A DNA stretch of 64,000 nt from Hemiscyllium ocellatum (Eukaryota). The notes under the pieces were generated by a model that was not told the origin of the DNA, did no database searches, and saw only the letters and a program-made list of their open reading frames with translations. Of the stretch, positions 35,650 to 48,084 are shown piece after piece. The stretch lies in contig NC_083409.1 of NCBI RefSeq assembly GCF_020745735.1, positions 7,367,534-7,431,533 of the forward strand, read 5' to 3'. The number at the start of each line of letters is the position of its first letter. Within the stretch, counting starts at the first letter, position 1. The position numbers and the translations under genes are program-made.

Positions 35650-38089
35650 AAAGGTCCAAGTCGACCATGCAAATTTAAAACTTATGGGACTGGGATATAT
35701 ATGTGAACATAGTTTAGAACGCGACACAGCACACAGAAAGTTGGAGTAGAACAATGTGTTTTCGAGTGGAAGGCTTACGAGTATAGCAGGAATTGGGGAT
35801 TGTGCCCCAGCTGTTCCTAATAAACACCAAACTTTTGGCGAAAGGCAGAAAATGTGTTATTCCCAAATCTGCTGATGGCATGAAACGATGTCGAATTGTG
35901 AGTCGGTGTGCAGGATGTAAAAAAAAAAGCTCCAAGGTGACTGAGACAAATGGAGTGAATGGGCAAATACGTGGCAGATAGGAAGCAATGGGGGTAGGTG
36001 TTACTTTGTGCCCTTTGGTGGGAAAAACAGAACGGCAACCTTCCATTTGAAAAGGGATTGGTTGAAAAAGTATTGATTTGCAAATGAACTTATGCTGCAT
36101 TTTTGTTTCTTTCTGCGCATACCTCCAAGGTCCATGCAGGAGAGTGAGTTCTGAAGTCAGAATTCAATACTGGGAATGGCATTGACACGCTGACCAGTGT
36201 ACACAAAACCATTGAAGTGGGGAGCTATAACATTGAAAAGGATCTGGATCTCCCTGTACACCAGTCACTGAAAGTAATATTGTAGCATTAGAATGCAGTT
36301 AGGAAGATAAATATTGTGTTGACCTCCATTTTAGGGGGATTTGAGTCCAGAAGCAAGGGTGTCTTACTGCAGTTGTACTAGGGCTTCGTGAGACCTCAAC
36401 TAGAACATTGTGCAGGATTGTGTGCAGTTTTGGTCTCCTTACCTCATAAAGGAGAAGCCTGACATTGAGGGAGTGCAGCGGAGGATGACCAGATCTCTGG
36501 GATGACAGGCTTGTAAGAAGAGAGTGAGGATCGACTGGGCCTGTATTCCATGGGCTTTAGGAAAATGATTGGAAGCCTCAGTGAAATATAAAAAACTCTG
36601 ACAGGGTGAGTCCGATTGGAAGCAGGGATCATAATTCCCCTGGATCGGACGACTAAAACAAGGGGCCACAATATTAGGTACAGACAGGCCACTCTGCATT
36701 GAGATAAGAATGAATTCCAGCACTGGAGAATGTGCGGAATTTTCTGATACATAAGGCTGTGGAAGTCAAGACATTGAGAATGAGTAAGGAGTTCAAGACA
36801 GAGAGCAAGGCAATGCTATGGAGATGGGTGATCAACCATCATTACAAGTAGTTCTCCAATAATGCAGTTGATTTGCTTATGTGCAACAGCGTGTCATAGA
36901 TAGAAAATGGTGCAACATAAATAATGGGGGCGATGAAGAAAAGAGGATAAGGGGCGAACCCTAAAATATCAGTGAAAACCAAATATGAAAGGTGGTCTAA
37001 CACAAACACACTCGCACAGTCTAAGTTAATCTTTAAGACATTTTCACAATGAAATAATACATTAAATGCAACATTTTGACACTTTAACAAATGTAACAGT
37101 CACTGACTACAGCCCTGTACCTTTCACGATGCTCTTCACCAGACGTTTTCGGAGCTCACTGACCACGTGATGCTAATGTGAATTCCCAGTACTTCCCAAA
37201 GTTCTCCTCCAGGTCGAGCTGATGTTCATTCGAAATGTAATCTACAATTTCGAGTTTGACGCATAGTTTCGAGGCTTGCAGAGCGGATTACATCCCTGTT
37301 TAAGCTGACCACACTGAGTGCGCATTTTTTCAAATAGAAAACCCTGAGCTTGGATTTGGTGTTCAGCCGATGTCGGGGATGGAATTGCCTAACAGTGAAC
37401 AGAAACTTGCTTGATTGAAAAATCACACACAATTCAAAAACGGCATTGCAGCCAATTTGCATTAATTCAACACGTGTCATCGCAGAACTGTCTGTGTATT
37501 GAATGGAGGAGCAAAATTGATGGATAGCAGGGACGACAGTTGTTCTCATTACATATTTCACAATGATTAAGAGTATTAAGGGATATGAACACTGTGAGGA
37601 AAACTACATTGTGGAGATTTTATCCATGACCTAGAATGGGGAAGATTCAATGTGTTAATTGGCCTAATCCTTTCCCGATGTTTCTGTGCAGTCTGCTGGA
37701 AACCTCTGTTAATGTTATCACAAACTCTCAGATGTTAGGAAGGACGTCTCTGTAGTGTCGATGGGACTATATTTCCCGTTCCCTTTTCGGAAAATGAGGC
37801 TGGTGCCGAGTGTTCTGTCCAGTTTTACCCTTTAAGACCCTGGTTCTGTTTGATATATTTGAGTGATTTTCTTGGCCGTTTCAGAGTCCATTGCAGAGGT
37901 TGTCACATGCCTGTGTATCTGGAATCACTTTTAGGCCAGACCAGGAAAGAACAGAAGATTTGCTTCTGAAAAGTACTTTGGGGAAAGAAACACATGTTTA
38001 CAATCGACATTGTCTTTAGGGTCACTATTACTGACACCAGATTTGAGATCTTGATATTTCATTAATTGATTTCAACTTCCACCAGCTGC

Positions 38090-39000
38090 CAGTGCATTAG
38101 CCTGGACTGGATTAGTAATCCAGTGATATTTACACAACAGCACCATCTCTACATGGGTACCTATCGGAAACCACACTGAGCAGGTAATTTCTGTGCTGCC
38201 TGTCAGCTCTATAAGAACTCCCACCAATTTGACTATTGTAATGAGACTGAAGGATTGATTATTGGTAAATTTGTAATTAGTACTCTCTTTGGGAACTGGA
38301 CATAGCTGAGTAATTTTTCGCATTGCCAGGGAGATGTCAGACTTGGAGATGGAAAGGAACAGCTGCCCCAGGGACACGGATTGTCGTGCAGCACAAGTCT
38401 TCAGGCCCATTGCTGGAATGCTGTCATGGCCCATTGCCTTTGTCCTATCTACTGTGTTTCTCCATGTCACGTGCAGCAAATCGAATTGATTGAAGTCTGC
38501 CATCTGTGATTCTGTGGGTATGATGACGAGGATGAGGTGGATCATCCCCTCAACACTTCTGGCTGAGAATGTGAAGTCATCTCCTCCAGTAAATTGTTCA
38601 ATGATCCATTGACATTTATGACTAGATGTGGCAGGACTGCAAGTCTTAGATCTGATCGGTAAGTCTTGGGATAATATCTCCGTCTTTATCAGATGTTAGT
38701 TCTGCATGTTTGGAATCTAACCAGTCAAGCGTGGTAACTTTAATGGGTTATCATTACGTTTAGATACACATGTTTCTGACACTAGCACGTTCACCGCACA
38801 TTCGTCACTGAGCCATAGATAAGCTTGATGCTCATGGTAGACTGGTGGATTATGTTGAGAAAAGAAATACAGACTGTGATTGAATACAGTTCTGATTGTG
38901 CTGCTGATGATGTCTACATTCAGCATCACATGATAGTCCAGTTTGAACTGGGTAAGTCAATTCAACTGACTGTCCCCTAGTTCACACCAAAACCTATTAA
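38090..39000 (-). mobile_element. Older CR1/L2-like LINE RT fragment
   Basis: DRTKAMGHDSIPAMGLKTCA...LSISKSDIS...QLCPVPK resembles the LINE RT N-terminal region. Confidence 0.6.
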
Positions 39001-40099
39001 TCCAACAGCCCTGTACTCAGTGAGCTAACCTGTTTTCTGATGTGGTAATACTTCAATTTTCATATTCTCATTCTGCTGTGGATCGCTCCATGGTGTCACG
39101 CCTCCGATTTATTACATTACTCAAGCTTTTACATATTCATCTGAATCGTATTCATTCCTGTAGTGCCATCATCTGTGTTTGATGTGAATGTCTTTCCCTC
39201 TGTTTCTTTCCCTGACCATGATTAAGAGCTCTTCTGTGTCAGTGATGACATCCTTATGTAACTTCAGAGCTAATGAATGTGTGCATTTTGCATTATCATT
39301 CACTTCCCAGTTACGGCGCTTTATGTTGGACAGGGCGTTTCATCTTCTTAGACACACGTCGTTGGAACATGTTCAAAAACAGAAATTGCTGAAGAAGCTA
39401 AGCAGGTCTCGCCGAATCTTGTGGAATGAAAGCAGAGTCAATCTTTCTGGTGCAGTGGTCCTTCTACAAAGCTCCCATTTTCTCCAGCAATTAGTGCATT
39501 TTTCTTTCCAGTATCCAAGGTTATTTGTTTAAACGAACATGTGAGCATTGCGAATTATTTTCTCGAGAAACTAAGCGTCTGGCAGCATCTGCACAGACAG
39601 ACGAACCGAGTTATCGTTTCAAGTCCAATTGACACATCTTCAGAACTGAAAAGAATTGTAAAATGGGCTTTTCAATCCCTTGTCAGAAGTGCAAGATGAG
39701 TGGCATCCGAAGGACGGTGTGGCAAACGATAAACGGGCTTTTAGCAATGGTGAACGAGAAGATGATGTAAAATGGGTTTAAATTAATGTGTGAATTGGGC
39801 AAAGGTGTTCTCTCTCTTGAGTGCAAGATAAAGAAGACAACAACCACGTAAGGTCATAGGGAGGCCAGGAGGGAGAATGTTGACCACGTGGTATTACGTA
39901 GATCTGGTCAGAGATACGTTTTCACTGTAGAGATCATCATCCCCTCCAGACAAAGGAATTCAGTTGTTTGACATCTTGGCACCAGTAAGAATTTCATACT
40001 GCCTTGATAGTGTAATGTGAAGAAAAATAAGTCAAAGTATGAAGTTTAGGCTGAGTGTTGAGTGCTGTTTACCTGTCATTTTTAATATTATTTAAAATT

Positions 40100-42100
40100 T
40101 ACAGTGCTTATCTTTAATTGCTTTCTCTTAAAGTGAGTATCAGATGGTGTGTAGAAGTTTGGGCTGACATTATAAACGTTTATAAAATCATGAGAGACAT
40201 GGATATGGTGAATAGTGAAGGGCTTTTCCACAGGATAGGGGAGGCCAAACATAGACGACATAGATTTAAGGGGAAAAGTGGAAGATTTAAATGGGACAAA
40301 GGGACAACTTATTTCCACAGAGGGTGATGCAAGTATAAAATGAGCTGCTGGAGGAAGCTTGGTAGATATATGTACAACTTCAACATTTTAAAGGCATTCA
40401 GAAAAACATATGAGTGTGAAACGTTCAGAGGCATTTGGGACAAATCCAAGCAGATGGGACTAATTTAAATTGGAAAACCTGGTCAGCATGGACAAGTTGG
40501 ACCAAAGGGTCTGAGTGTGCGTGATATGACTGTATGAATACAGAAATCGAGGGAAAATGAAGAAAATATATGATGTAATCAAATTGTCAAAAAATATAAT
40601 AACAACTATCACGGGCTTTTTCGTGTGTATAAAAGTTTTCAGATGAGTGTGTAGCCTTTGTTAGAAAGAAAGACAAGAAAATATATTTAGGATATTTAGA
40701 GGTTGTGACTCGATAGAGGGAACAGGCAGATTATTTATACCAGTATTTTACATCGTTCCTCAAAGGGGAAGCCAGTTTAATATTTCAATGATAAAAACAA
40801 AATGTTAATAGGCGTAAAGTTCTTGAACTGTCTCTAACAAAACTAAGGAAGATTTTAACAAACAGATAATGCAAAGAGTAGGCAGGTCAGCAGTAATTCA
40901 TGGCTGACAAGAAGTAAAAATAAGTGGTTATGTAGTGACTGGCAACATTGTGTGAAATATTCCATAGCTCCCTCGATTACAGCGTTTCAGCGTAACTGGA
41001 AAACCTCCAATGTGGCGACTCTCTTCCAGAAAGGCATGAGACAGAAAGCATTCTTGCTGGGAATCTTCTAGAGTCTGTTATTACGGAAGGAATTACAGAG
41101 CATTTAGAAAAAGCTTCACAAAAAGTCAGCATGGTTTTGTGAAAGGGGATCCACATTTTGCCCTGTCAAATCATGCAAAGTTTTTCTGGAGATCCCTATG
41201 AACGTAAGAGGCAGACGTGATAAAGCGGAACTGGTACACATGTGGCTTTCCAGAGATTTTCCTCAAGGTACCACAAAATAAATGTTCTGATACAAGACAG
41301 AAGCTCACAGTGTGACAGATAACGTATTAGCACGGAATGACAATTGGCAAACACATAAATATCGGAGGTTCAGGAAAAATGGCTCTTTATGATAAAATGT
41401 AGCGAATGGACTAGCACAAATAGCAGTCTGTTGACAAAAGTTATTTGCGAGCTATAATGATTTCCTGACGGTGAGAGAGACGTGCAATATACATCTGAGT
41501 TTGTGGATGGCACTGTTATTTCATGTGGTGGACTCCCAAAAAAGGAGCAGTGCAAAGGGATTGGAATGGTCCTGTGTGTGAAACATAAAGTCAGCGTGCT
41601 GATGCAGCAAGTGACGAGGATGGTTCATGAGGCGGCATTTTGTGATGAAAGGGTTGATTGAGTACTTCTAAAATGGTTAGGCGATTATTCATTGTGGTTG
41701 AAATGAATAAGAGTGATATTACTGAAACGTACAAGATACAGAGGGGGCTTGGCAAGGTAGATTTTGAGAATGTGGTTCCACACGTGGGCAGAATCTTGAG
41801 CTCAGGTATGTATATACAGAATAAGGGATATCGATTTCAACCTGAGATGAAAAGAAATGTCTCCTTTCAAGAGGTCGTGAATGTCTGGAATTCCCTAACC
41901 CAAAGTGTTGTGGGGCTGGGTTACTGTATGCATTTATAGACGGGGTGGATTGGGTTTGGACGTATCAGTGAGTTGAGGGATGTAAGGAGTTAGCAGGAAA
42001 GTGGAGTTGAGCCGTGGAACAGATCAGCCATGTTCTTATTGATTGACAGTGCAGGCTTGAAGGGCCGAATATCCTGCTCCTGTTGCCATTTCTTACGTTG
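40100..42100 (+). mobile_element. CR1 LINE fragments
   Basis: INVYKIMRDMDMVNSEGLF; ETYKIQRGLGKVD...FQEVVNVWNSL; CR1 tail at about 42010-42110. Confidence 0.7.
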
Positions 42101-42879
42101 TTATGTTGTGCTTTTGGAAAGTAACTGATTATTTTCCCAGAAGTTGAATTGTACAACATTGTATTCAGGGAGATTAGAGGATTTCTTTGAGTTAAACCTG
42201 GCTGGAGTATGGGAGCTGTATTCACAGCGAATCTGGGTCTGTAACATGACCCACATTGTGAGCAGAAGTTACAGAGAAGGGAAGACTGGAAAGAGAGATT
42301 GGGAGTGGCGGTCACATCCTATCCAGCCTGGATTTTCCAAGTACATTTCAGAAACTACCCCTAACCATCGGAGTGGTCTCAATTTGCCGCTACGTAGCAG
42401 GTCTGAAGGGGTGAATGGAACAGCAGAACACAGGGCTGAGGGACATGAGTAGGCCATTCGGCCCTTTGACACTACTCCACCAGTAAATAAGGTCGTGGCT
42501 GATCTCGTTGTGGTCCCAGCTGCACTTTTCATTCCATGTACCATAATCCCTGATTCACCTGTCCACGGAAAATCAAACAAAGCCAGCCTCGATATAGTAT
42601 AACGATTCAGCCAACACAATTTTCTAGGAAAAAGAATTCCCACTGGAATGAATTCCCACTTTGTGAATTTCTCCTCACTCCGGTTCTGACTGAGATTGGA
42701 GGGTGTCACTGTGTCCTTTTCTAGTTCCACTCCTCCACTGCTCGCAAACAATTTTAAATGTAACGAGTTTAGTGATATGGCCAATGAGAAAGGTCGCAGA
42801 CTGGATCAGGCTCATTAATTGGAATAAATCAGGTAGATTTCTTTAGTCAGGCACAAGTAAAGAATATAACTAACAGAGG

Positions 42880-43210
42880 AGCATGGTTAGCACTGCCACC
42901 TCCCATCACCAAGGAGCTGAGCTCAATTCCAATTTCGGGGAACCCTCAATGTGGAATTTAAAATTCTCCCGTGTCTGTGTTGATTTCCTCCCAGTGCTCT
43001 AGTATCCTCCCTCAGTCTAAAAATTTATAGCTTTGAGTGGACTGGCCATGCTAGACTGTCAATAGTGCCCAGATGAGTGCAGATTAGGTGGGTTAGTCAT
43101 GGAAAATGTAGGATTACATGGGTAGTGTAGGGGGACAGGGCTGGGTAGGATGTTGCTTAGTGCGTCGGTGTAGTCTCAAAGGCTGAATGTCCTTTTTCAC
43201 ACTGCAGGAT
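42880..43210 (+). mobile_element. Old HE1-type SINE
   Basis: Diverged full-length match to the 10393 copy (ggttagcactgcc...ttctccccgtgtctg...tttcacactg). Confidence 0.7.
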
Positions 43211-45103
43211 TTAAGTGGCAATGACAAGTTTGGACTACACAAACACCTATTGTGTATCTACCTGATCCACTCTCCTCAATGTTTTGTATGTTTCAATAAG
43301 TTCTCCTCTCACTCCAAGTGTAACATGTTAAAGCTTCCATAATTTCAGCCCTTCATCCCTAGAATACATGAAGAGAAACATCTCTGAACTGCTCCCAATA
43401 TAATTATATCCATTCTTATGAAGGAAATTAAAACAAAACTCACACCTCAGATTAGGCTAGTTTTTGTTTTCTCAAAGTTGTGTTTCTTTGTAACTCTCTT
43501 CACCGCAGATCATTGGAGGCAGACATATTTCATATGTTTAAGACAGTGACAGAAGGTTCATAGATAACAATTGAGTCAAGGATTATTGGGGAGTGGGCAG
43601 GAATGTGCAGTGGGGGGTAAATGTTGACCGTGCTACAAAATCACACGCTCCAGAACACTGCCAAACAGAAATCATAACATGGATACAATGTTTCAATGCT
43701 CACAGTGATCAAATAGAGTTCGAAAGGACCATGGGGCTGCTCTGTCATGAGAGAAAGTCCATTCGATGTGATTCACCTGAGTGTCACCACACCTGGGTGA
43801 TGGGGTGAGGTTGAGAGTGCGTCCCCTTCATGGTAACCTCTGTCAGTGTGGGAGAATTGAAGCTGCGCTGCTGGCATCCCTCTGCATCACAAACCAGCCG
43901 TCCAGCCAACTGATTGGGAGACAGTGTCCCTATTACAGACAGAAACAGTCACAGACAAAGGGCAATAGCAACTTCCATGAAAAGGCAATAGATACAATTC
44001 AAATAATGGTCAAGATAACATCTGAGGATAAAAACGTTCTCTGCTCGAAATTGCATTTTGTACCGAGACAAGTGTTTAGAATCTGTGTTTGGCTGAAGAC
44101 AATAAGGTGAGGCAAGTGAAATAACCAGAATGTTTAATTGTGATTGGATATCGATAACCCTAAAATAAGTGCATGTTTTTGCCTGGTCAGTGTAAAATGT
44201 GCTGACCATTACATAAAAGTGTAAAGCTGAGGGAATATATTGGTTGGAGTGTCCATCTCCATGGGAAATGCCCCTGCACATGCGCTTGAAGAAAACCAGG
44301 GTAAAAGTGCCTGAGTGTCGTCTGCTCAGTGACAGAAACCCAGGGAGTTGAATGACTGTCAGTTCCTGTAACATGGAGCTGAGGAAACCATCAGATCAGC
44401 CGCGATCTTCTTCAATTTTAGAGCACGTTTGAAAGGCTGAATGGTCTCATGATGGATTTGAATTGCATGTGATTTGAAAAACGTGCAAGTCTACTCCTTC
44501 TTCTTCTGTGTTATATAAGGGAGCATTGATATTTTCCTGAAAATGGGAATTAATTGCAACACTAGCTGGAACATCCGATAATCAGCATTCTTCAGAACAT
44601 TCTATACACATGTCGAGATATTGCAAAGGTGAGATAGAGAGAAAGAGAGAAAGAGAGAGACAAAGAAAGAAAGAGACAAAGAGAGACAGAGGGAAGGTGC
44701 TGCATTCAGCAGTGAGAGTGGTGGAGCATGACTTTTGTTCGGGGGAAGTTGTCATAACAGATGTACAGTGAGTGTGAGGGAGCATCGAGAACATGGTGAG
44801 CCTTACTCTGATAGAGCGGGGAAGGTTATTATCCTGTATTGCTAGACATGTCTGCAGACCGCAGATACTACACTGAGCTGGGTGGTGAGTTCAGACGATG
44901 TTTGCTGGGTCTCGTAGTGTGCCCCCCTCCGTGAAGAGAATAATCCTCCTCTGTACTAGCCCATCCACATGCCCCATCGATAAATTGTGGTGAAATTGAT
45001 CCTTTTGTGCCCTGTTCTGGGTAAACTGTGCAAGACAGCTCTAAACTGAAACCGTTTCGTCCGGATTTCTGAATCAATGCACCACTATGGTATGTATTGC
45101 TCC

Positions 45104-45255
45104 CCATCCTGGACAGATAGTTGGATTATACTGAGCCTGGTCCACACACTATTGCACCCTAGACAAATTGCTGGATTGTACTGAGCCTGGTCTGCACAGT
45201 GTTCCATCCTTGACAGATTGCTGGGCTGTACTGAGGTTATCTGCGCAGTGCTCCA
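45104..45255. repeat. Three copies of a 50-bp tandem unit
   Basis: gaca(g/a)at recurs at 45112, 45162 and 45212, each followed by tgg..t.tactgag. Confidence 0.8.
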
Positions 45256-47112
45256 TGATGTGCAGATATCTCATCTGGACTGTCACATCTCTGGGCTGGA
45301 TCTGTCAGGTGGATGAAGTATGCAATATAATTTCTGATAGAGCTACCACTACTCCAGCTCAGCGTCTTCTGCTGTCAAACCCCGTAGTTCAGCAACGTGT
45401 TGTCCATGAAGTAATTCTACAATTAAAACGTGAATATCTTTCCTTTTTGCTATGTTGCCGAGCAGACGCCCCGCACAACAAATGACGAAGTAAGTCTGGA
45501 CACGAACGTTTTCTTAATTTAGAGGTAAATGTGAGGTGCTGTGTTTCAGCTACAATTCCCTCGGTCAAAATATTCGACTTTAAGCAATGTGCAATGTTTT
45601 CAAACGCTATAGACAAAATACAACAAAAGCAAGACGAATATGGAATAACTTAATTCTACTGGAAAACCGAACAGAATAAGAGGCGACTTAACTACTAAAC
45701 AGGAAAAGCTTCAGTATGGCAACATCCCCTAAACATACATTTGTCACAAAAACAAATTCAGGAAACAGGTTGTCTCACATGCAGTTCTCCAATACAAGGG
45801 CAAAGAACATCGAAAGACAATTCTGAGAGAAATCTCACAGAGGGTGCTGCAGCTGAGAGAGATTTCCTGCCTTCCAAACCTGCTGAGACCCTGGAAAATA
45901 ACTGGAGAAATATAAATCTAAGAATCATGGTTCTGTGAGAGCTTGACCATCACTCCACAGGACCAGACTGTGGCTGCAAGGATCACAAGGTATGCACAAT
46001 ATTTACACCGTCTATGGCACGGTAAAGCCTCTCAAAAATGCCTAGCTCCATCTTAGCCGTTAAACGATGATCAGTTAAATGTCAAAGTATCATCCTCAAT
46101 ATGATTGAGCCCAGCAGCTACCGTGAGAGGGACAGGAAGAGAATCTTAGAACAACAGACTGGAATGTTCCAACAATGGCTCAGAATCTGAGAACATTAGG
46201 CTGGAAAGTTACAACAATTGACAGGAGTTTATCCTGGGGTCTTTACTGGTCTTCTCGAGATTGGTCATGGTTAGATGTGCGGATATGAGCTGTACTGATG
46301 ATTATTCAAGCAGGTTACTATCCCATCCTGGCGATTATTAGTATTCCTGGTAAGCCTATCCCTGTTCATTCCATAAACGATGGTGAAGCTGATTGCTATT
46401 TCGGTTATTTATATTTAATAAATGCATAATCTGTTATATTCAGTTTCAGTCACAAACTCCATTTCATTTCCATCAATTTCAGAATCCTCACTCATAAACA
46501 TCTCAGAAGGAAAAAAGTCTGTTCAGACCCTTGAGTCCTCCTTTTGCCCTGAACAGTTTTATGTCTCTGTATTCTCTTTGCCATCAACTCGGCCGACACC
46601 CACCTCTATAATATCCCCAGTCTCCAGCTCTGCTTCAATGCTGTTGCTGAATTAACCATCATCTGCCCGCTTGTAAAGTTCAGATTTTACGGCTCCAGTT
46701 CTTTTCTGCGCATTCTTCCAGTTATAAATATTTTGACCACAAACTTGTTTTTGACTCTCCACTTTTTTCATAATAGGGGCCTCGTGTTAAGCAATATTGT
46801 CACTGGCCATGTAATTCAGAGGCACAAGTTGTGACCTTAAAGGCATTGTTTTAAAGCACACCACAATTGATGATGAATCTTAAGTTAGAATGCCAACAAT
46901 TGGAATGTAACCGCATTTGCAAACCACAGCTATAAACCATCAGGATTTATTTTATTATTTCTCCGATAGCCTCTGTCATGAGAAAAAACTGATAAAGTTT
47001 CGAATATATTGACCCTATATCACAACTGAAAGCAACTGGGAAAATATTATTTATATCAGTTTTGGTCGGTTGAGTGAGGAGGAGGTTAGTTGACGGATAT
47101 AGAAATGACCAA

Positions 47113-47140
47113 GGAGAGAGAGAGAGAGAGAAAGAAAGAA

Positions 47141-47180
<40 letters not shown>
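47113..47180. repeat. (GA)n/(GAAA)n microsatellite
   Basis: Directly visible; a similar tract lies at about 44630-44690. Confidence 0.9.
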
Positions 47181-47181
<1 letters not shown>

Positions 47182-47765
47182 TGAAAAGCAAACACAGTGA
47201 CTGCTGATGCTGAACCAGAAGTAAAATAAAATGGGAGTGTTCTCTAAAATTTTCCATTTTCCCATATTCCTGAATATCATGTCAATTTAGATGTGTCCCT
47301 GTTAAAATTGAGTTATATTCTCTCTGTCTTTCTTCTCTGAGTGGGGTGATCAACTCCATTGGCAATACTGGCGCTGCCGTTATAGTTGCTGAGATACAGT
47401 GAAATGGAATGTTACATTGTCAACTGCGTTTTTAGAGAAGGGAACTGTACCTGTTGGACTATGCAAAGATCTAACTGTTTTTCTTTGGTAGGAAGAGAAA
47501 CATTTCCGTCATGGAATTGGTGCACTATGTGTGATAAAATTTGACTTACTGTTGTCATTACAGAGTAAAGGGATGTTCTTAGGTGTGTGTTATCAGCTGC
47601 TGCGTTCATTCAGTGTGACCCAAGGGTATGGTAAACCCACTCTGGACGAGATATGAGAACTGCATTTACAGAGTGTTCTGGGTCCATGGTAAATACATGG
47701 AGTCGAGGCTACACCGAAGGGAAGCTCCGTACACATGGAGGGGCAGGGCACTGCATGATTCTCCC

Positions 47766-48084
47766 TGGGATTTCCAGGAACTTTTATCTAAGCTGGACCC
47801 ATTCCAAGTTTAAAATGTGAAATCAGTGTCTGTCAAAAATGAGGTAGTCACTGAGCTGTTTTGCCTCCTTCAATATAGCCTGTAAGCTCACACCAGGGAC
47901 AGGACAGTGTTGACAAGCTCCATGAACTGAACTGGATTGATTCGGGAACTTTCCAGGCAAGAATGAGTGACATATCCATCGTCATAAAATGTATTGGATT
48001 GATTATGGAACTTTCCAGGCAGGTGTAAGTGACATATCCAGAATGCAGTCCTCCGATATTACACGAGCTGACAGAAGCCATCTG
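47766..48084. promoter_or_regulatory. Candidate enhancer: duplicated kB-like sites with E-boxes
   Basis: GGGATTTCC (47767-47775), GGGAACTTTCC (47944-47954) and GGAACTTTCC (48007-48016); CAGGTG (48020-48025) and CATCTG (48079-48084). The 46-bp unit is duplicated with a 62-bp period. Confidence 0.35.

Larger units (their letters stand above)
33700..36850 (+). mobile_element. Cluster of decayed CR1 ORF2/3' fragments
   Basis: Remnants of GVPQGSVL, MHFG and LERVQRR-type sequence, plus several CR1 tails; interrupted by PLE pieces. Confidence 0.6.

Noticed and set aside
37455-37462. Octamer ATTTGCAT (also 12599-12606 and ATGCAAAT at 35667-35674) as an Ig V promoter
   Set aside because: No leader or V exon follows; an 8-mer is expected by chance in 64 kb.
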